From a virus (taxonomy: Duplodnaviria; Heunggongvirae; Uroviricota; Caudoviricetes): a stretch of 64,000 nt of DNA. The first letter of the stretch is position 1. Every line of letters starts with the position of its first letter. Of the stretch, positions 63,329-64,000 are shown in pieces. The stretch covers positions 512-64,511 of IMG/VR virus record IMGVR_UViG_3300043568_002650; one strand, written 5' to 3'. The notes under the pieces were generated by a model that did no database searches, was not told the DNA's origin, and saw nothing but the letters and a program-made list of their open reading frames with translations. The position numbers were made by a program, and so were the translations under genes.

Positions 63329-64000
63329 TTACATTAAGTCGGAAAGATTCTCCTTGCTAGGAGTCTCTGGCTTGTCCTCCCAATTAGGTGTGATCTTGCC
63401 GGGGTGCTCGCGTCTCTGCTTTTTCCTTGGCACAGGTAAGACATCCCCGTCTAGCTTGTCTAACCTGTCTACCCCTGCTTTAAGTAGGAGATTCGTGAGA
63501 TCCTTCTCCTGTTCTAACCTATACTCTGGCACCGTGATGGCCGAGTTGATTACCACCACCTCTACCCCATAATATCGGAACCAGGCCGGAAAGATCTCCC
63601 AGCCTACTCGAGCCAGTCTGTCCGGCGTCTCTACTATAATCACCGACACCTTCTTTTTAATTACATCTTGGATTAGCTCATGCAGACCGGGTCTCCAGTC
63701 CAGAGAGAAGTCAGTAGCCGGGCACCAGTCGTCGTAGAGCTTTTCCAGAGAGATACCCCGCTGTGCTGACCAGTTTCGGACTAGTTGTTGTTGTCTCTGC
63801 ATGAGGGCTCGGTCGGACTCCGTAGTCCCGGCTACCCTACAATAGGCTACAGCCCAGTTATCTCGCACAAGTCTCTTGCCGAGTAGAGCATAGATGTCGT
63901 CGTCCCAGTACATCTTACGACCTTTGGCGTCTTCGCTATACCTGATCCTACCTTTCTTGGTCCATGACTTTAGGGTGTTATAGCTACAGCTGAGTACCTC
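63329..64000 (-). CDS. tnpA: IS607-type serine recombinase (MerR-like HTH plus resolvase), 5' end outside the window
   Basis: frame open to the edge (CSYNTLKSWTKKGRI); AYCRVA, QRQQQ, ETPDRLARVG. Confidence 0.85.
   Translation of the reverse strand, partial: EVLSCSYNTLKSWTKKGRIRYSEDAKGRKMYWDDDIYALLGKRLVRDNWAVAYCRVAGTTESDRALMQRQQQLVRNWSAQRGISLEKLYDDWCPATDFSLDWRPGLHELIQDVIKKKVSVIIVETPDRLARVGWEIFPAWFRYYGVEVVVINSAITVPEYRLEQEKDLTNLLLKAGVDRLDKLDGDVLPVPRKKQRREHPGKITPNWEDKPETPSKENLSDLM

Noticed and set aside
1-64000. Stop-codon recoding as in some huge phages
   Set aside because: Conserved genes (ligase, ThyA, sigma factors, kinases) are full length in code 11, TAG/TGA end genes normally, and no suppressor tRNA was seen.
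1-64000. Bacterial chromosome or eukaryotic giant-virus origin
   Set aside because: T4-like late promoters, endolysins, phage-type early cassettes, bacterial-type tRNAs and sigma70 factors without housekeeping operons indicate a bacteriophage.

Overview
This 64 kb window looks like part of a very large AT-rich lytic phage genome with T4-like regulation. The host is probably Bacteroidota (inference: TTG-N~21-TATATTTA promoters, A-rich leaders without Shine-Dalgarno, a DUF4494 gene). Layout: (1) 0.1-13.5 kb, + strand: late virion-cargo genes and metabolic genes (NUDIX, wall hydrolase, DNA ligase, phosphoesterase, ThyA, thioesterase). (2) 13.5-22.6 kb: an RNA island with 26 tRNAs covering all 20 amino acids, two leader-peptide attenuators, rrn-type boxA sites, many tRNA-like and structured ncRNAs, a TROVE/Ro60 gene flanked by a family of Y-RNA-like RNAs (one holds a circularly permuted tRNA-Asn), and a GIY-YIG endonuclease. 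(3) 22.6-28.9 kb: two histidine kinases and a receiver protein in the same gene run as a holin-like gene and a GH19 endolysin. (4) 28.9-39.9 kb, - strand: late genes with T4-like capsid-targeting N-termini, plus a sigma70 gene on the + strand. (5) 39.9-40.9 kb: a GC-rich non-coding strand-switch region. (6) 40.9-62 kb: about 28 repeated early promoter cassettes with small genes, a second sigma70, a RadA-like ATPase and a DUF932 gene; this arm is marked by strand-polarised ACTCCGTAG and enriched GTCTC/GAGAC motifs. (7) 62-64 kb, - strand: two DUF1566 genes with DGR variable-region-like tails and an IS607-type serine recombinase cut by the window edge. All family calls come from motif recognition by eye; no database search was run.
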